A stretch of 8,008 nt of DNA from Octopus sinensis. Its lineage: Eukaryota. Below are positions 6,223 through 8,008 of this stretch, in pieces. The notes beneath the pieces were generated by a model. The model searched no databases, had not been told where the DNA came from, and saw only the letters and a list, made by a program, of their open reading frames with translations. Every line of letters begins with the position of its first letter. Position 1 is the stretch's first letter. The stretch spans positions 1 to 8,008 of the forward strand of contig NW_021828606.1 in NCBI RefSeq assembly GCF_006345805.1, written 5' to 3'. A program made the translations under genes and the position numbers.

Positions 6223-6365
6223 TAAGGCCAGCAATTTTAGGGAGAGTGGGGCAAGTAGATAACATTGATCTCAGTCCTTGACTGGTATTTTATTGGTTCT
6301 ATTGACCCTCGAGAGGATGAATGGCTAAGTTGAACATCACGGGATTTGAACTCAGAATGTAAGAG
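6223..6365 (-). mobile_element. Old, diverged SINE related to family B
   Basis: Minus strand cattctgagttcaaatcccgtgatgttcaacttagccattcatcctctcgagggtcaatag…aaaataccagtc aligns with family B, with CpG decay and a different 3' tail (…aaaattgctggcctta). Confidence 0.7.
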
Positions 6366-6501
6366 TTGTAAGGGGCACGAATAGGTATTGTTACGGAAAC
6401 AACATTGGCGGGAGACTTATCTCCCTAATGCGTTAATCTCTTTGGAGCACACACACACACACTGAAGGTCATGGTCGATGGTTAAAACTTCGGTGGTTTA
6501 A

Positions 6502-6539
6502 ATCCAGGAAAGAAATTAAAATTAATTTCTTTCCTGGAT
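6502..6539. repeat. Perfect inverted repeat, 18-bp arms with a 2-nt spacer
   Basis: ATCCAGGAAAGAAATTAA-aa-TTAATTTCTTTCCTGGAT. Confidence 0.95.
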
Positions 6540-6621
6540 AAACTTTTGGAATATGACGTGGCAGTCATTGATGGAACGTCGTTGATTATAAGTCGGTTTA
6601 GTCAGATCTGACCTAGGGTTT

Positions 6622-7320
6622 AACAACAGCAACTGCAGCAGCAACAACAGTAGCAGCAGCAGGAACACTTCTATCACCATCACCGAAAATAGCAACATCC
6701 CCATCCCCAACATTGAGAGCAACAATAATAAGAAGAACGATGATAATGGTATCACCACCACCACCAACAACAACAACAAGAGCACAACCAACACTACCAC
6801 CAGTACCACACTACCACTACCATCACCACTGGTACTACTACCACTACCACATCACCACCACGACCATCGCTACTTCTACTACCACCAGTACCACAAACAC
6901 TACTATCACCACCATCACTAGCATCAGCACTACAACCGCCACTGCCACCACTACCACCACCACCACCATTGCTACCCCTGCCACAACCACCACCATTACC
7001 ACCACCACCAACAACAACACGAGCACAACCAACACTACCACCACCATCACCATCACGACCATCGCTACTTCTACTACCACCACTACTACCCCCACTACCA
7101 CTACCACAAACACCACCATCACTACCACCATCATTATCACTGCCACCACCACCACCACCATCGGTACCTCGGCCACTACCAACCACCACAACCACCATCA
7201 TTACCACCACTACCACCATCACTACCATCATCACTACCGCGGCCACCTCTACTACCACCACCACTACCACCACCTCTACGACCACCACCACCATCACCAC
7301 CACCACCAATAACAAAAACA
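6622..7320. repeat. ~700-bp degenerate trinucleotide tract (AAC/AGC/ACC/ATC/ACT)n with an internal higher-order duplication
   Basis: Triplet periodicity throughout. Repeated blocks are gagcacaaccaacactaccacca (6780, 7021) and cacgaccatcgctacttctactaccacca (6859, 7054). Confidence 0.9.
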
Positions 7321-7514
7321 ATTGACGAGAAATTTTTATCTATAATTAAAATGACAGCCACGTATCAACAACATTGTGAAGGGAGTGGGGGTTGAGTAGG
7401 TGTGAGAAGTAGTGTGAGGAGGCGGTGGTGGTGGTGGAAAAGAAGAGGAGAAAAGCATAGAGTGTTTAATATGAATAAGAATTGGACGGTTGGATGCGGT
7501 GGGGGAAATATTGC

Positions 7515-7644
7515 GGGGGCGGACGTTGACAGACGCAGTAGATATTTGTTTATGAAGTATTCAAGTGGAGAACAGAAGTCAAGGTCAACAGATTTCATTG
7601 TTGTTACATAAACCGGAAGTTAATGGAAGTATGTCATGTGACAT
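7515..7644. promoter_or_regulatory. Candidate cis-regulatory motif cluster
   Basis: GC box GGGGGCGGA (7515-23), TCAAGGTCA (7579-87), GTTACATAA (7603-11), ACCGGAAGT (7612-20) and GTCATGTGAC (7633-42) in non-repeat DNA. Motif matches only. Confidence 0.3.
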
Positions 7645-7679
7645 ATCAATAATGATTCCATTGCGCGCGGCTGTTTTGT

Positions 7680-7770
7680 ATTTGTTGTTGTTGCCGTTGC
7701 TGTTGTTGTAGTCATGATTGGTTTAGTAGTCATGATGGTGGCGGAGGTGGTGGTGGTGGTGGTAATGGTA
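7680..7770. repeat. Degenerate (GTT)n/(GGT)n trinucleotide tract
   Basis: Direct reading. Opposite polarity to 6622-7320. Confidence 0.85.
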
Positions 7771-7869
7771 TATATGTTGTTCTTGACGAGCCTGATAGAC
7801 GCTACTTCATCTCTTTCTTTCATAACAATGTCGCTCAATGCTGACGTTACATAACACGCATCCCATAAG

Positions 7870-7902
7870 TATACATACATACAGACAGACAGACAGGTAG
7901 AT

Positions 7903-7951
<49 letters not shown>

Positions 7952-7974
7952 TACATACTATGTACATATATACT

Positions 7975-8008
<34 letters not shown>
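7870..8008. repeat. Compound (TACA)n(GACA)n(GATA)n(TA)n microsatellite running off the window end
   Basis: Direct reading. Confidence 0.95.

Noticed and set aside
6601-6617. Palindrome plus CTAG as a Helitron 3' end
   Set aside because: There is no spacer between the hairpin and CTAG, the next base is G rather than T, and no 5' TC end could be identified.
6522-7361. Overlapping 95-199 aa ORFs on both strands (poly-T, -H, -P, -V, -G)
   Set aside because: Expected from triplet low-complexity sequence. The register shifts within the tract, and no splice or homology support is visible.

Overview
Eukaryotic, repeat-dense non-coding DNA that looks like an octopus (coleoid cephalopod) intron or intergenic region. 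This assignment is inferred from tRNA-derived SINEs resembling those I know from Octopus and from very abundant compound microsatellites. No protein-coding gene is supported: the long ORFs in the track are microsatellite or triplet-repeat artefacts, or read through SINEs. The window holds about 11 SINE copies or fragments from three families, labelled A, B and C here without asserting formal names. The most notable feature is a ~490-bp element (3086-3575) carrying a minimal type-I hammerhead-ribozyme fold of the kind known from Penelope-like elements. It has a mutated catalytic core and a perfect 6 x 31-bp tandem array near its 3' end. Also present are a 5'-truncated SINE with a perfect 14-bp target-site duplication, a candidate piggyBac-like MITE and inverted SINE pairs. 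A candidate 21-nt microexon, a hairpin shared by two SINE families and a transcription-factor motif cluster near 7.6 kb are more speculative.
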